From assembly GCA_034722955.1 (NCBI GenBank), contig JAYEOM010000063.1, positions 1-42,512 on the forward strand: DNA of 42,512 nucleotides, in the 5' to 3' direction. The notes below the pieces were generated by a model, which was given only the letters and a program-made list of their open reading frames with translations, did no database searches and was not told the origin of the DNA. Positions 18,052 to 30,362 of this stretch are shown here, in pieces (position 1 is the stretch's first letter; the number at the start of each line of letters is the position of its first letter). The stretch is from Campylobacterota bacterium (GTDB taxonomy: Bacteria > Campylobacterota > Campylobacteria > Campylobacterales > Sulfurovaceae). Made by a program: the position numbers and the translations under genes.

Positions 18052-21039
18052 CTATTTTCCTCTCAAATATCCCATAGCTGTAGCGATAAGATCATCATCA
18101 TCTTTGCTAGGTGACTTGAGTACCAATCGATCCCTGCCCTCATCCAAAAACTCGATAAAGACATTTTGTTCATAACTCGATACTTTGGAGATCTTCTGTT
18201 CTTTTGCCAAAACCTTCATGACTATGATATCGATAAACTGTCGAGTCACACTGTCTGGTTTGCCAAAGCGATCCTCTATCTCGCTCTCTATCTCATACAC
18301 CTCTCCCACCTCATCACATAGAGAGAGTCGGCGATATAGTTCTAGTCGGAGGCGATCCTCCTCGATAAGCTCTTCACTGAGATAGGCATCTACAGAGAGT
18401 TTCATATCTACACTCTTCTCCTTATCCTGCTTCTGTCCGCTCAGTTCTCGTATAGCATCTTCGAGCATACGAAGATAGAGTGAATAACCGATCTGCTTGA
18501 TATGACCGCTCTGTGCTTCACCGATGATATTCCCCCCACCACGGATCTCCAGGTCATGAAATGCCAACACAGCACCACTCCCCAACTCTGAATGTGACTC
18601 TAGTGCTAGCAGACGGCGTTTGGCATTGTCTGTCAACTGCTCCTTATCTTCGACTATAAAATAGCCATACCCCTCTTTGCCGCCCCGTCCTACACGACCA
18701 CGCAACTGATGCAGATCTGCGATACCGAAGCTCTCTGCTCCATCTACGATCATAGTATTTGCATGTGGCATATGGATACCTGACTCCACTATAGAGGTAG
18801 AGAGCAGCAGATCATACTCTCCTGCCTCAAACAACATCATCTCATTTTCTGTCTCAACAGCAGAGATCTTGGAGTGGAGTACTGCCACTCTAAGGTCAGG
18901 TAAAAACTCTAAAATCTCTTTTCTCTTTGCCTCTATCCCTGCTATGGAGTTATAGACATAAAATATCTGTCCTCCTCTGCGCATCTCTCTGAGTATCGCC
19001 TCCTTGAGAATCTTCTCATTGTAGCTTTTGACAAAGGTACGCACACCCTGTCGCTCTGTCGGTGGGGTTAGTATCTCTGAAAAGGTCTTGATCTGAGATA
19101 GTGCGAGGTTGAGACTTCTAGGGATTGGGGTGGCACTCATACTGAGTAGATGTACATCGACAGCTATCTCTTTGAGAGCCTCTTTCTGCTTGACACCAAA
19201 TTTGTGCTCCTCATCGATGATGACCAAAGCTAGTTTGGCAAATTTGGCTTTGAGCAGAGCATGTGTACCTACCACCGTATCTATCGTACCCTCCTCCAAA
19301 CCTTTGAGTACCTCTCTCTTGGATTTGGGTGTTGAAAATCTATCTAGCTTGGCTACTTTGATACCGTACTTTTCAAGCCGCTCTTTGAGACTTTTGTAGT
19401 GTTGTGCACTCAGTAGTGTAGTGGGTGCAACCATCATCGACTGATATCCATTTTTTGCAGCTATAAATATCCCATTCATCGCCACCTCTGTCTTGCCGAA
19501 CCCTACATCCGCAGAGAGCAGTCTATCCATCATCCGACCACTACCCATATCTTCGAGCATATCCATGATGGCTCGCTCCTGATCTTCGGTATGCAAAAAC
19601 CCTGCATCAGCCATGAAGAGTGCATGCTCCTCCATATTGCTCTTGAGTACGATACCCTTTTGCAGGTGACGCTGTGCAGAGAGATTTATGATCTGCGATG
19701 CGATGGCAAATAGCTTCTCTCTCACCTTGCCTTTGAGGCGTTTGAAGCTCGCTTTGCCTAGCTTGTCGAGTGCTGGCAAGGTACCACCCTCTGCCACATA
19801 ACGATCTATCACTTCGAGATTTTCTACTGGGACAAGCAGGCTATCTTCATTTTGGTAGTTGATGACGACAAACTCACGAGTCGCACCCAAGATCTCACGC
19901 TTCTCTATAGCTCGAAAGAGACCAACTCCATGGTTCTCATGCACTACATAATCACCAGGTTTGAGCTCATCTAGTATGATGGAGGCTTTTTTGACTCGCT
20001 TTTTTTTGAGTGGTTTATTGAGAGAGAGTATGAGATGATCGGGACCCAATATATTGACTATGCCATCTTGATATAGAAACTCTATACCCCCAAACGAAGC
20101 TAGTTCACTCCCTCTAACTATACTCTCATTTTTTGCAATAATCGTGATCCTCTTATCTCGGTGAGACTCTAGGAGTGCATTGGGCTTGACAACTTCAAGA
20201 TCGCGGAACTGTTTGGCAGGCGGTATGAGTTTAGCAGGGATACTCTCCTTGCTTATATGAGGTGTTTGTAGACTATATATCTCCTCTATCTCCAAACTTA
20301 GATCAGAGATAGATAGTGTCTCAAAGAGAGGGAAATATGACTCAGATAGCTCTGCTAAATGCCAAAGCCCCAAAGAGTCTATATCTTTTACAAAAGTATC
20401 ATAGCGGCTCTGCTCTGCACGACCTCTCCAAGCTTCAAACTGCTCACTACCTAGTGCTAGATAGGTAGGTGTGATCTCTATAGCTTCCAACTCCTCCTTG
20501 AAGCTCTTTTGGGAGTTTTCATCATAGTGACGAATGCTCTCTATCTCCTCATCAAATAGGCTGATACGATAGGGAAGGTCAGAATCTATCGGAAAGATAT
20601 CTATAATATCCCCACGAAAAGAGACTTCTCCTCGTCCAGATGCGATATCGACAAAACTAAACCCCCAGTGATAGAGATCCTCCTTGAGACTCTGCAGTAC
20701 CACACTCTGTGCGAACTCTATCCTCATCTGTGCAAATAGTTCTCTCTTTGGCAGAGGCAGCAGCATAGTTCTCAGTGGCGCAACCAATATCTTTCTCTCT
20801 ATAGATTTGAAGTAGTTTGAGAGTGTAGAGAAGAGAGCATGGATCTCATCTTGGTAAGCACGCAAATCCTCCCCTACACTCACACGAATGTCAGGAAGGG
20901 TAAATAGTTGATACCCACAGATAGAAGCTACATCCGCTATACGCACCGCCTCTTTATCATCTCTGCTCAGGATCAATAGCGGTTTGGATGCACTATCACT
21001 CCTCTCCTGAAGATACTCATAACAGTTACTTTGATACAT
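18052..21039 (-). CDS. mfd: Transcription-repair coupling factor Mfd
   Basis: [56 protein letters not shown]. Confidence 0.96.
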   Translation of the reverse strand: MYQSNCYEYLQERSDSASKPLLILSRDDKEAVRIADVASICGYQLFTLPDIRVSVGEDLRAYQDEIHALFSTLSNYFKSIERKILVAPLRTMLLPLPKRELFAQMRIEFAQSVVLQSLKEDLYHWGFSFVDIASGRGEVSFRGDIIDIFPIDSDLPYRISLFDEEIESIRHYDENSQKSFKEELEAIEITPTYLALGSEQFEAWRGRAEQSRYDTFVKDIDSLGLWHLAELSESYFPLFETLSISDLSLEIEEIYSLQTPHISKESIPAKLIPPAKQFRDLEVVKPNALLESHRDKRITIIAKNESIVRGSELASFGGIEFLYQDGIVNILGPDHLILSLNKPLKKKRVKKASIILDELKPGDYVVHENHGVGLFRAIEKREILGATREFVVINYQNEDSLLVPVENLEVIDRYVAEGGTLPALDKLGKASFKRLKGKVREKLFAIASQIINLSAQRHLQKGIVLKSNMEEHALFMADAGFLHTEDQERAIMDMLEDMGSGRMMDRLLSADVGFGKTEVAMNGIFIAAKNGYQSMMVAPTTLLSAQHYKSLKERLEKYGIKVAKLDRFSTPKSKREVLKGLEEGTIDTVVGTHALLKAKFAKLALVIIDEEHKFGVKQKEALKEIAVDVHLLSMSATPIPRSLNLALSQIKTFSEILTPPTERQGVRTFVKSYNEKILKEAILREMRRGGQIFYVYNSIAGIEAKRKEILEFLPDLRVAVLHSKISAVETENEMMLFEAGEYDLLLSTSIVESGIHMPHANTMIVDGAESFGIADLHQLRGRVGRGGKEGYGYFIVEDKEQLTDNAKRRLLALESHSELGSGAVLAFHDLEIRGGGNIIGEAQSGHIKQIGYSLYLRMLEDAIRELSGQKQDKEKSVDMKLSVDAYLSEELIEEDRLRLELYRRLSLCDEVGEVYEIESEIEDRFGKPDSVTRQFIDIIVMKVLAKEQKISKVSSYEQNVFIEFLDEGRDRLVLKSPSKDDDDLIATAMGYLRGK

Positions 21040-22201
21040 CTACTCTCCATTTTTTCAAAAACTCCTCTACTACATAGAAAGAGCCAAAAACCAAATAGTC
21101 TCTCTCCTCATCTATCGTACCATCATAAAAGCTATACTCTATACCTACTCTACTGAGTGCCTCTTCTATCTCTACTATAGTTGCTGCCCTCTCTCCTCGG
21201 ATAGAGAGTATCTCTACTCGCTCTATCCTTGGCTTGAGTATACGCAGAACCTCTTCATAATCTTTATCATCCAGACTATTGTAGATCAAAACTACTTTTC
21301 TATCCAGTGCTTTGACTATAGCTTTGGCTGCCAAGGGGTTGTGTCCTACATCTATGCGGATATTTGCTGTCAGCTGGTAGAATCGTCCAAATAGCTCTAG
21401 ACTTTTGAGATGAGAGATAGCATAAGAAGTATCGAGAATATCTAGAGCTTTTAGAGCTACTAGAGCATTATCTATAAGGTAGTCACCCCAACTTTTGGGT
21501 AGAGCGATCTCTCTTATCTTTGACACTCTACTCTCATCTATGGAGTCTGAGCAGATATAGAGTTTCGCTCCTCTCTCCAGGCATATCTCTTCTGCTATCT
21601 CCAACACTTCAGGGTAGACTTGAGGAGCTATCAAAACCTGCTTTTGGATACTCCGTATCTTTGTTCTTGCGATCTCATCTATCGTTTCACCTAGAAAGGC
21701 TTGATGGTCTACTCCTATAGGCGTAATGATACTCAACACTTTATCACATACATTGGTAGCATCAAATTCACCACCGAGCCCTGCCTCTAGAACGACAAGG
21801 TCAACAGATTCAAACAGTACAAGTGCCAGCAGTGTAGTATACTCAAAATAGCTCAGCTCTTCACTCATCTCTGCCCCAAGATAGCTATACAATCTTCGGT
21901 GAGCTATCTCTAGCACCTCATCACTGCTATCATCTCCATCGATCCAGATGCGCTCATTAAATCTGAGGATATGAGGGGAGGAGAAGTGACCCACACTCAG
22001 ACCGCTAGAGTAGCTCAAATGTGCGATCATCCGTCCAGTTGAACCTTTGCCATTGGTACCAACGATATGGATAGCAGGAGGGTGCGATATCTCATCTTTG
22101 AGTAGGGCATAAGCACTATGCACCCGTTGATGATCTATCTCTTTATAGTAGAGTGGTTTTGCTCTGAGAAAACCACAAAAAGGTGGGATAACTACTCTCA
22201 T
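21026..22201 (-). CDS. folC: Folylpolyglutamate/dihydrofolate synthase FolC
   Basis: GTNGKGS, SSPH..FNERI, EAGLGGEFDATN, DVGHNP, FGSFY. Confidence 0.93.
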   Translation of the reverse strand: MRVVIPPFCGFLRAKPLYYKEIDHQRVHSAYALLKDEISHPPAIHIVGTNGKGSTGRMIAHLSYSSGLSVGHFSSPHILRFNERIWIDGDDSSDEVLEIAHRRLYSYLGAEMSEELSYFEYTTLLALVLFESVDLVVLEAGLGGEFDATNVCDKVLSIITPIGVDHQAFLGETIDEIARTKIRSIQKQVLIAPQVYPEVLEIAEEICLERGAKLYICSDSIDESRVSKIREIALPKSWGDYLIDNALVALKALDILDTSYAISHLKSLELFGRFYQLTANIRIDVGHNPLAAKAIVKALDRKVVLIYNSLDDKDYEEVLRILKPRIERVEILSIRGERAATIVEIEEALSRVGIEYSFYDGTIDEERDYLVFGSFYVVEEFLKKWRVDVSK

Positions 22202-22204
22202 CTA

Positions 22205-22735
22205 CTACTTGGAACTATCCTCTCGCAGTGCCCCTTGTGCAGCAGCATAAGCTAGGAATTGGTCTAGTGCCTTCTCCATACCTTTTCGTATAGCTTGTAT
22301 CCTGAGATTTGAAGATAGACTTGAGCTTGCATGGATATCCTCTTCGACATACGCACTGATCGAACGCTGAAGATTTCCTTTTTTAGTCTTCATCTTAAAC
22401 TTCATATATACTTTGGCTCGATAGCGTGTGATATATCCATTTTCATCATAACTGACCGGAATAAATATCGTACCATCATAAGAGGCGACTATCACGCTCT
22501 GGGCTTGCTCTCTAGGAACTACTTTGCCTTGAAAACGCGTGATGATCATACGATGCAGAGCATCTTTCACATAAACAGCATTTTCAGGCTCTTTTCTTGA
22601 GACGATCACATCTACATAGACAGAGTCATCAAAAATATTCTGAATATAGTGTGTCGAAGGCTTATACCCACAACCACTGATCACAAAAAGTGCAACAGCT
22701 GCCCATAAAAATCTACTCAATATATCTTCTCTCAT
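22205..22735 (-). CDS. lptE: LPS assembly lipoprotein LptE family
   Basis: Lipobox ISGC followed by GYKP; downstream of leuS, the usual position. Confidence 0.75.
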   Translation of the reverse strand: MREDILSRFLWAAVALFVISGCGYKPSTHYIQNIFDDSVYVDVIVSRKEPENAVYVKDALHRMIITRFQGKVVPREQAQSVIVASYDGTIFIPVSYDENGYITRYRAKVYMKFKMKTKKGNLQRSISAYVEEDIHASSSLSSNLRIQAIRKGMEKALDQFLAYAAAQGALREDSSK

Positions 22736-22762
22736 CTACTCTCCATTATATTATTTTTACTC

Positions 22763-25204
22763 TCAAGATGGTTTTACAACCAAATTGACTAACTTGTTGG
22801 GAACTACAATCTCTTTGATCACTGTCACTCCATCCAGCCACTTTGCTCCAGCCTCTTTGGCTGCCTCTAAAATCTCATCTTTTGATGCATCAGGAGAGAC
22901 CTCTATCTCACTCCTCTTTTTGCCATTGATCGTCACAGCCAATGTGATACTATCCTGAACAAAGACCTCCTCTTTGATAGCTATAGCATCTCTCAAGTTG
23001 GCACGACCAAAAAGCTCTGCACTCAACTCTGTCGTGACATGAGGGGCGATAGGTTCGAGAAGATTCAAGATGATATAGATCCCCTCACTCCATACTGCTC
23101 CATCATCTTGCTTGTCCAGAGCATTGAGGGCTTCCATACAGGCGGCAATGAGTGTATTGAAAGCGAAAGATTTGGTATAGACATCTGTTGATTTACGCAG
23201 TGCCTCATAGACTTTAGCTCTTGCCTCTTTTGATTTGGCATCGAGTTGGCTATGGTCTATCTCCGGCATAGTATCTTCTGTCACTCTATCTCTTCGATCG
23301 TAGAGTTTTTTGATAAACCTGAAGGCACCCTCTACAGCAGAATCATTCCACTCCAACTCTTTTTGCGGAGGAGCAGCAAAGAGGACAAATAGGCGTGCAG
23401 TGTCAGCTCCATACTTGGCTATTAGCTGATCAGGATCTACTGTATTGCCTTTGGACTTACTCATCTTGGCACCATCTTTGAGTACCATACCTTGGGTGAG
23501 AAGATTGTCAAACGGCTCATCGATATCACAATAGCCCAAATCTCTAAGTACTTTGGTAAAAAACCTTGCATAGAGCAGGTGGAGTATCGCATGCTCAATT
23601 CCGCCGATATACTGGTCAACCCCAAGCCAGTAGTTGACATCATCTCTATCTATGCCTGTATCACTCCACTTGTTTGGGTTGGTTGCGTAGCGGAGTTGAT
23701 ACCAGCTAGACTGCACAAATGTATCGAGAGTATCAGTCTCACGCATCGCATCTTGACCGCAGTTGGGGCAGATACACTCTCTCCAAGTGGGGTGATTTTC
23801 GAGTGGATTACCCTCTCCTGTGATCTCTACATCATCAGGTAGAGATATGGGAAGGTTCTCTATCTTTTCAGGAACCAGACCACAATCATCACAATGGACA
23901 AATGGTATAGGGGCTCCCCAGTATCGTTGACGGCTTACACCCCAGTTACGCAGTTTGAAGTTTGTAGTTCCCTTGCCGATATTTTTGGTTTCAAAAAGAG
24001 CGATGATATCCTTTTTGGCTTGACTATTTTTCTCTCCCGTAAAGATATCAGAGTTCTCAAGCACCCCTTCACCTATATAGGGCAACTCATCTCCGCCACT
24101 GATCACTCTCTTGATAGGCAGACCATACTGTGAAGCAAATTCAAAATCTCTCTCATCGTGTGCAGGCACTGCCATCACAGCACCTCCACCATAAGATGCC
24201 AAGACAAAATTCGCCGTCCAGAGAGGGATATGATCACCTGTGAGAGGGTGAAGGACATCAATCCCAAGAGCATACCCTCTCTTATCTGCTTGGGCTCTAT
24301 CTCTCTCTGTAGCGTTGGTGATCATTTTGATCTCTTTGGCTATATCATCTGCCAGTAGATTGTTATCAATAAGGTATTTGGTGATAGGGTGTTCAGCTGC
24401 CAATGCACTATAGGTCACTCCATAGATCGTATCTGGACGAGTGGTAAAGACGCTATAGCGGTCAAAGTTGCCACCTAGTTTGGTTTTGCTCTCTTCTGTA
24501 AGTTCAAATGCAAACTCTAAACCTTGTGATTTTCCTATCCAGTTCTTTTGCATCGCAAGTACCTGATTGGGCCATCTACCCTCTAGCTGTGACAGATCTC
24601 TGAGGAGTTCATCGGCATATTTGATGATATCGAGGTAGTAGCCGGGCATCTCTTTGGACTCCACTTCATTGTCACAACGCCAGCAGCACCCCTCCTCTAC
24701 CTGTTCATTGGCTAGAACAGTGTGACACTCTTCGCACCAGTTGACAGTAGTAGACTCACGATAGAGTAGATCCTCTTCAAACATTTTGATGATAAACTCT
24801 TGTTCCCATTTGGTATATAGAGGGTCACAGGTAGCAAACTCCCGCGTCTTGGAAAATGAAAAACCTAGAGCATTGAGCTCTTTTTTCATATAGTCTATAT
24901 TGTCATAAGTCCACTCTTTGGGGTGTCTGCTATGTTTGATAGCTGCATTCTCTGCCGGCATACCAAAAGCATCCCAGCCGATAGGATGCAGGACATTGAA
25001 GTTTTGTTTGCGGTAGTATCGTGCCAGAGCATCTCCGATGGCGTAGTTGCGCACATGCCCCATATGCAGACGACCGGAGGGAAAGGGAAACATACTGAGT
25101 ATATATCTCTTCTCTCTCTCTAGCCCGTCATCAGGCTCATAAGCCCGCTCCTCTTCCCATATATCTTGCCATTTTTTCTCTATCTCATTAGGATTGTAAC
25201 CCAT
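22763..25204 (-). CDS. leuS: Leucine--tRNA ligase
   Basis: HMGH, KMSKS, FTTRPDT editing domain, [11 protein letters not shown]; start ATG 25204 (or GTG 25210). Confidence 0.97.
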   Translation of the reverse strand: MGYNPNEIEKKWQDIWEEERAYEPDDGLEREKRYILSMFPFPSGRLHMGHVRNYAIGDALARYYRKQNFNVLHPIGWDAFGMPAENAAIKHSRHPKEWTYDNIDYMKKELNALGFSFSKTREFATCDPLYTKWEQEFIIKMFEEDLLYRESTTVNWCEECHTVLANEQVEEGCCWRCDNEVESKEMPGYYLDIIKYADELLRDLSQLEGRWPNQVLAMQKNWIGKSQGLEFAFELTEESKTKLGGNFDRYSVFTTRPDTIYGVTYSALAAEHPITKYLIDNNLLADDIAKEIKMITNATERDRAQADKRGYALGIDVLHPLTGDHIPLWTANFVLASYGGGAVMAVPAHDERDFEFASQYGLPIKRVISGGDELPYIGEGVLENSDIFTGEKNSQAKKDIIALFETKNIGKGTTNFKLRNWGVSRQRYWGAPIPFVHCDDCGLVPEKIENLPISLPDDVEITGEGNPLENHPTWRECICPNCGQDAMRETDTLDTFVQSSWYQLRYATNPNKWSDTGIDRDDVNYWLGVDQYIGGIEHAILHLLYARFFTKVLRDLGYCDIDEPFDNLLTQGMVLKDGAKMSKSKGNTVDPDQLIAKYGADTARLFVLFAAPPQKELEWNDSAVEGAFRFIKKLYDRRDRVTEDTMPEIDHSQLDAKSKEARAKVYEALRKSTDVYTKSFAFNTLIAACMEALNALDKQDDGAVWSEGIYIILNLLEPIAPHVTTELSAELFGRANLRDAIAIKEEVFVQDSITLAVTINGKKRSEIEVSPDASKDEILEAAKEAGAKWLDGVTVIKEIVVPNKLVNLVVKPS

Positions 25205-25298
25205 TATCACTCCAACTTGTATTGATTGGATAGATTATAGCTTAGGAGTGGTTAGGGGGAGTTTTAGAGCCTATATTTATTGTGATTTTACTGATTTG

Positions 25299-25307
25299 TG
25301 GTATAAT
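25299..25307 (+). promoter_or_regulatory. Extended -10 (TGGTATAAT) for the GGDEF/EAL gene
   Basis: Exact consensus 36 nt upstream of the GTG; divergent TATAAT for leuS at 25234-25239. Confidence 0.6.
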
Positions 25308-25343
25308 AGAGCAAGAGATAGCTAAGAGTCATGAGGCAGAGTA

Positions 25344-28300
25344 GTGAATAACTATATAAAATATATACTTGAAAATAGAGTGATCGTAATTGTTGTTATA
25401 TTTTTTATTACTATTAATGGTTTTACCTATACCGTTACAGAGCAGAGCAAAAAAGATAAGATCGAAATAGCTTTGAAAGAGGAGTTAGACAAGCTGCAGC
25501 TACACTATCAAATACTGCTCCAAACACAAAAAATGACCTCAGTGGCCATATATAAATCAACCATCAATCAAGAGAGAGTCATCCAGATCATAGCAGAAGC
25601 GAACAGTGCCTCAAAAGAGAAGAGAGCAGTGTTGAGAGATGAACTCCATAAACTTTTGGCAGAAAAATATGAGATAGCCAAAGGCAAAGGTGTTTTACAG
25701 TATCACTTTACACTTCCCGACAATGAATCATTTCTGAGAATGCATAAGCCCATTAAATTTGGTGATGATTTGAGCAGTGCCAGATATGATTTTAACTATA
25801 CAAATAGAACTCAAAAACCAATTAGAGGATTTGCACAAGGCAGAACAGCACATGGTTTTAGAAATGTATTTCCTCTGTTTGACAAAGATGGCAAACATAT
25901 AGGAGCGATGGAGGTATCCTTCTCTAGTGATAGTTTTCAGTGGTATCTCAATAATATTAGCCACATCCACACACATTTTTTAGTCTTTAAGGGTATATTT
26001 CAAACAAAAGCGTGGAATAGAGACGATCTGATACTCAACTATTTGCCGAGTGCAGAAAATTCAAACTATATGATCACACTAATAGGTGAGATACATAGTG
26101 TAGAGGTGTGTATAGATGACAAGGTAGTGATGCTGAAGCCTGTCAAAGAGGAGATAGAGAGAAAAATGCTTCAAGGTGATATGTTTAGTCTCTATATTGA
26201 TCATCATGGTCATCTCGATATCGTCTCATTTCTGCCCATCCAAAATGTGAGAGGCAAACTTGCTGCTTGGCTAGTATCATATACTCATAGTGATTATATC
26301 CAATCCATCATAAAAGATACTCTCATAGAGCGTATAGCTGTATTGATATCTTCACTAATATTTCTCTATTTTATCTATAAGCAGATGCGATCAAGAGAGC
26401 TTTTGATGAAGAGTAATAACGAGATAACCATCCTAAAAGAGCGTTTAGAGTTGGTATTTTTGGCTACTCATGATGGTCTTTGGGATCGGAATCTTCTAGA
26501 TAACAGTCTCTATCTCTCACCTAGATGGAAAGAGATCATAGGATATAGTGATGAAGAGCTTCCAAATACATTTCAAACTTGGAGAGATCGCATCCATCCT
26601 GATGATATTGAAGCAGCACTATCAGATATGCAAGAGAATATAGATGGAAAAACAGAATATTATGAAGGAGTTCACCGTCTCAAACGCAAAGATGGGCAGT
26701 GGATATGGATACTAAATCGCGGGAAGACTATCTATGACACGAGTGGCAAAGCGATCCGTATGCTTGGTACACATACCGATATCAGTGATGAGAAGACTCT
26801 ACAGCTGAAAAATTCCAGACAAGCACAGATCATTGAACAGATTCGAGAGAGTGTTGTCTCTATAGATCTTGATGGAATCATCACGAGCTGGAACCACGGG
26901 TCAGAGGCTCTTTTTGGTTACAGAGCAGATGAAGCTATAGGTCAATATATCGGCATGATATATTTATCAGAAGATCAAAATATCGTTAAAAATAATATCA
27001 AATCTTTATTGAAAAGCGGAGAGGATCATTATGAAAATCGCTTAGTTACAAAATCAAATCAAATTCTGGATGTTGATCTATCTCTCTCTGTCTTAAGAGA
27101 TGAGAAGAGTAAACTTATAGGTATGATCGGTTATTTTCAAGACATTACAGACAAAAAAATCGTACAGAAAAATCTCGTCCAACAGAAGGAAAAGTTAAAT
27201 TATCAAGCTCATCACGACCCTCTTACCGCTCTTCCAAATCGTATCTTGTTTTATGATAGACTAGCACAGAGTATTGAGAAGATTAAAAGAAATGATAAAC
27301 ATATGGCACTCTTTTTTATCGATTTGGACTACTTTAAGGAGATCAATGACTCCTTGGGACATGCCATGGGTGACGAGGTTCTCAAGATGGTAACAGATCG
27401 TTTGAGTAATCTTATCAGAAAAGAGGATACACTCGCTAGGCTGGGGGGGGATGAGTTCACTATTATCGTTGAAGATTTAGCGAATGGAGAGGATGCCTCT
27501 ATCTTGGCACAGAAAGTTCTGGAAGTTTTAGTGCAGCCTATGAAGATAAAAGAGCATATACTTTACATCTCTAGCAGTATCGGTATCAGTCTCTATCCCG
27601 ATGATGGTACCACTACAGAAGATCTGCTCAAATATGCAGATGTAGCGATGTATAAAGCCAAAGCTGAAGGGAGAAATAATTTTCAGTTTTACAGTGTAGA
27701 GATGACTGAGCTTGCAATAGATAGGGTTATGATGGAAGCCAATCTAAGAGAAGCGATTAAGAGAGAGGACTTTACAGTCTACTATCAACCTCAAATCGAT
27801 GCTAGAGACGATACGCTTATCGGCTTGGAGGCTCTGGTTCGATGGCGACACATTACTCTGGGATTGGTCTTGCCTGACAAGTTTATCCAACTTGCTGAAG
27901 AGACAGGACTTATTGTTGCATTAGATAGAATAGTGATGAAAAAAGCGATGAGACAGATATCCAAATGGTACAAGGAGGGGTTAACCCCTGGTCTGTTAGC
28001 TTTGAATCTGACAGAGAGGCAGCTACAACAGAAGGACTTTATCTCTATGCTTGAGGAGACAATGGAGGAGACTAAATTCAAAGCAGAGTGGCTAGAGTTT
28101 GAAATTTCAGAGAGTCAAATCATGACAAACCCTGAAGAGACTATAAAGATTTTAGAGAGGATCAACCGTATGGGCATAAAGTTAGCTGTTGATGACTTTG
28201 GGACAGGCTACTCCTCTCTCTCTTATCTCAAAACACTCCCTATCGATAAACTAAAAATAGACCAATCCTTTGTGCGGGAGATACCTGACAATGAAGATAG

Positions 28301-28493
28301 TTCAGCGATCATACAAGCTGTGATTGCTCTCTCAAAGAGTCTGAGACTTAGTGTTATTGCAGAGGGTGTTGAGACCAAAGAGCAGAAAGATTTTTTAGTT
28401 GAAAATGGCTGCTATGAGATACAGGGCTACTTTTATGGCAAAGCTATACCACCGGATAAGATAGAGGTCATATTGAGGAGAGGCTTGACTTAA
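25344..28493 (+). CDS. Membrane Cache-PAS-PAS-GGDEF-EAL c-di-GMP enzyme
   Basis: Two TMs around a Cache-like domain, PAS (DGLWD..IHPDD; SWNHGSE..FGY), RKED I-site, GGDEF, EALVRW, DDFGTGYSSL, AEGVET. Confidence 0.93.
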   Translation: MNNYIKYILENRVIVIVVIFFITINGFTYTVTEQSKKDKIEIALKEELDKLQLHYQILLQTQKMTSVAIYKSTINQERVIQIIAEANSASKEKRAVLRDELHKLLAEKYEIAKGKGVLQYHFTLPDNESFLRMHKPIKFGDDLSSARYDFNYTNRTQKPIRGFAQGRTAHGFRNVFPLFDKDGKHIGAMEVSFSSDSFQWYLNNISHIHTHFLVFKGIFQTKAWNRDDLILNYLPSAENSNYMITLIGEIHSVEVCIDDKVVMLKPVKEEIERKMLQGDMFSLYIDHHGHLDIVSFLPIQNVRGKLAAWLVSYTHSDYIQSIIKDTLIERIAVLISSLIFLYFIYKQMRSRELLMKSNNEITILKERLELVFLATHDGLWDRNLLDNSLYLSPRWKEIIGYSDEELPNTFQTWRDRIHPDDIEAALSDMQENIDGKTEYYEGVHRLKRKDGQWIWILNRGKTIYDTSGKAIRMLGTHTDISDEKTLQLKNSRQAQIIEQIRESVVSIDLDGIITSWNHGSEALFGYRADEAIGQYIGMIYLSEDQNIVKNNIKSLLKSGEDHYENRLVTKSNQILDVDLSLSVLRDEKSKLIGMIGYFQDITDKKIVQKNLVQQKEKLNYQAHHDPLTALPNRILFYDRLAQSIEKIKRNDKHMALFFIDLDYFKEINDSLGHAMGDEVLKMVTDRLSNLIRKEDTLARLGGDEFTIIVEDLANGEDASILAQKVLEVLVQPMKIKEHILYISSSIGISLYPDDGTTTEDLLKYADVAMYKAKAEGRNNFQFYSVEMTELAIDRVMMEANLREAIKREDFTVYYQPQIDARDDTLIGLEALVRWRHITLGLVLPDKFIQLAEETGLIVALDRIVMKKAMRQISKWYKEGLTPGLLALNLTERQLQQKDFISMLEETMEETKFKAEWLEFEISESQIMTNPEETIKILERINRMGIKLAVDDFGTGYSSLSYLKTLPIDKLKIDQSFVREIPDNEDSSAIIQAVIALSKSLRLSVIAEGVETKEQKDFLVENGCYEIQGYFYGKAIPPDKIEVILRRGLT

Positions 28494-28562
28494 CATATTT
28501 AAATATTATGTTGATTCGATATAATACTACAATAAATTAACATAAACACAAAGAGTGAACTC

Positions 28563-30362
28563 TTGGATAAAAAATCAATCAAAATACTATTTCTTGCTAC
28601 TTTTGCCGTGCTTTGGTTGGCACTATTCACTGCTCTCCAAGTAGCAGATCAAAATGAAATAGAAGATTATTTAGAACAAAAAACTACACAATACACCCAA
28701 GATTATGATATTATATACAACTCTTATAGAAAATTAGCAAATACTATCTATGCTACATATATCAATACTGATGAGATCAAAATCATCTTCAAGGAAGCCT
28801 CTTTGACTACAGGGGAAGAGAGAGATGCCAAACGACTCAAACTATATAATAGACTCAAAGGTACCTATCTGCATCTCAAGAAAGACCATATCAAGCAGCT
28901 GCATTTTCATCTCCCCGACAATGAGAGTTTCTTGAGAATGCATAGACCCGATAAATATGGAGATAATCTAACTGGTATCAGACCAACAGTCGAGTATGTC
29001 AACAAAAATAAAGAATTTATAGATGGGTTTGAAGAGGGGAGAGTTTACAATGGTTATCGTTTTGTCTATCCTCTCTTTTATGATGGAGAGTATTTAGGAA
29101 GTGTGGAAATTTCGTATGCAACGATAGTGATGAGTTTTGACTTTATCAACACCCTTAAAGTCTTTGCACATTTTCTAATCTTCAAAGATATAGTAGAGAA
29201 AAAAGTATTTGACGATGAGAAGAGCAACTATACTCAGTCTCCATTAGATGATTTGTATATCGAAAAAAGATTTATAAAGATGGTATCAGATAAGGGAGGT
29301 GCATATACCAAGAAAAAACTCTCCCCTCAGACTATAGATATCATCAATAAAAATGGACTAAACAGGGATAATTTTTCTCTTTATGATGACTATATAAAAA
29401 ATATCATAACTTTGATCAAAATAAAAAACCCCGTCAATGAGAAAGTTGTCGGAATTTTTGTTGTCAGAAGCAGTGCTGATTTTATCAATAGTCAAAATAA
29501 AAACTTTATGATAGATCTGCTATTATCTTCTCTCTTGCTCGCTATTGTATTGCTATTTGTCTATCAAGAGTTGCAAAAGAGGATCAACCTAAAACAACTC
29601 AATAAGACACTAGAGCAGAGAGTCAAAGAGGAGGTAGACAAAAATCGTCAAAAGGATAAACAGCTATTGGCACAGTCCCGTCTAGCCCAAATGGGAGAGA
29701 TGTTATCTATGATAGCACACCAGTGGAGACAACCTCTCGCTGCTATCTCAGCAACAAGTGCAGTATTAGAGCTGAAAGCTGAACTAGGTAGAGTAGATGA
29801 AGAGACAGTAATAAAACAATCAAAAAAAATCTCCCAATACTCTCAACATCTTAGCCATACTATAGATGATTTTAGAGACTTCTTCAAGCCATCCAAAGAG
29901 TTAAAGGAGAGTTCATACAATGAGATTATAGAGTCTGTACTCGATATCGTAGGCACCTCTATAGAGAACAAAAATATCACTATCATACAAAAGCTCTCAA
30001 CAGAGTATAGATTTTTAACCTACCCCAACGAGCTAAAACAGGTTATTCTCAATATCCTGAAAAATGCAGAAGATATCCTACTGGAGAAAAATATAAAAGA
30101 TCCTAAGATAAAAATAATCACTTATACAAAAGAGGGGGGAAATGTACTAGAGATACACGATAACGCTGGAGGGGTATCTACAGAGATAATCGAGAAGATA
30201 TTTGACCCATACTTCTCTACGAAATTAGAAAAGAATGGTACTGGTTTAGGGCTATATATGAGCAAAACCATCATCGAAGATCACTGTAGTGGTATCCTCA
30301 GCGTCTCAAATGATGAGTATGGTGCAGTCTTCAAGATAGAGCTAGAAACTGCAAAAGAGTAA
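28563..30362 (+). CDS. Membrane sensor histidine kinase with Cache-like domain
   Basis: IAHQWRQPL H-box, NILKNAED, DNAGG, FDPYFSTK, GTGLGLY; TTG start. Confidence 0.93.
   Translation: MDKKSIKILFLATFAVLWLALFTALQVADQNEIEDYLEQKTTQYTQDYDIIYNSYRKLANTIYATYINTDEIKIIFKEASLTTGEERDAKRLKLYNRLKGTYLHLKKDHIKQLHFHLPDNESFLRMHRPDKYGDNLTGIRPTVEYVNKNKEFIDGFEEGRVYNGYRFVYPLFYDGEYLGSVEISYATIVMSFDFINTLKVFAHFLIFKDIVEKKVFDDEKSNYTQSPLDDLYIEKRFIKMVSDKGGAYTKKKLSPQTIDIINKNGLNRDNFSLYDDYIKNIITLIKIKNPVNEKVVGIFVVRSSADFINSQNKNFMIDLLLSSLLLAIVLLFVYQELQKRINLKQLNKTLEQRVKEEVDKNRQKDKQLLAQSRLAQMGEMLSMIAHQWRQPLAAISATSAVLELKAELGRVDEETVIKQSKKISQYSQHLSHTIDDFRDFFKPSKELKESSYNEIIESVLDIVGTSIENKNITIIQKLSTEYRFLTYPNELKQVILNILKNAEDILLEKNIKDPKIKIITYTKEGGNVLEIHDNAGGVSTEIIEKIFDPYFSTKLEKNGTGLGLYMSKTIIEDHCSGILSVSNDEYGAVFKIELETAKE

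Noticed and set aside
25261..25270. GTTTTAGAGC, identical to the start of the type II-A CRISPR repeat
   Set aside because: Single 10-mer, no repeat-spacer array, no cas genes; it lies in a divergent promoter region.
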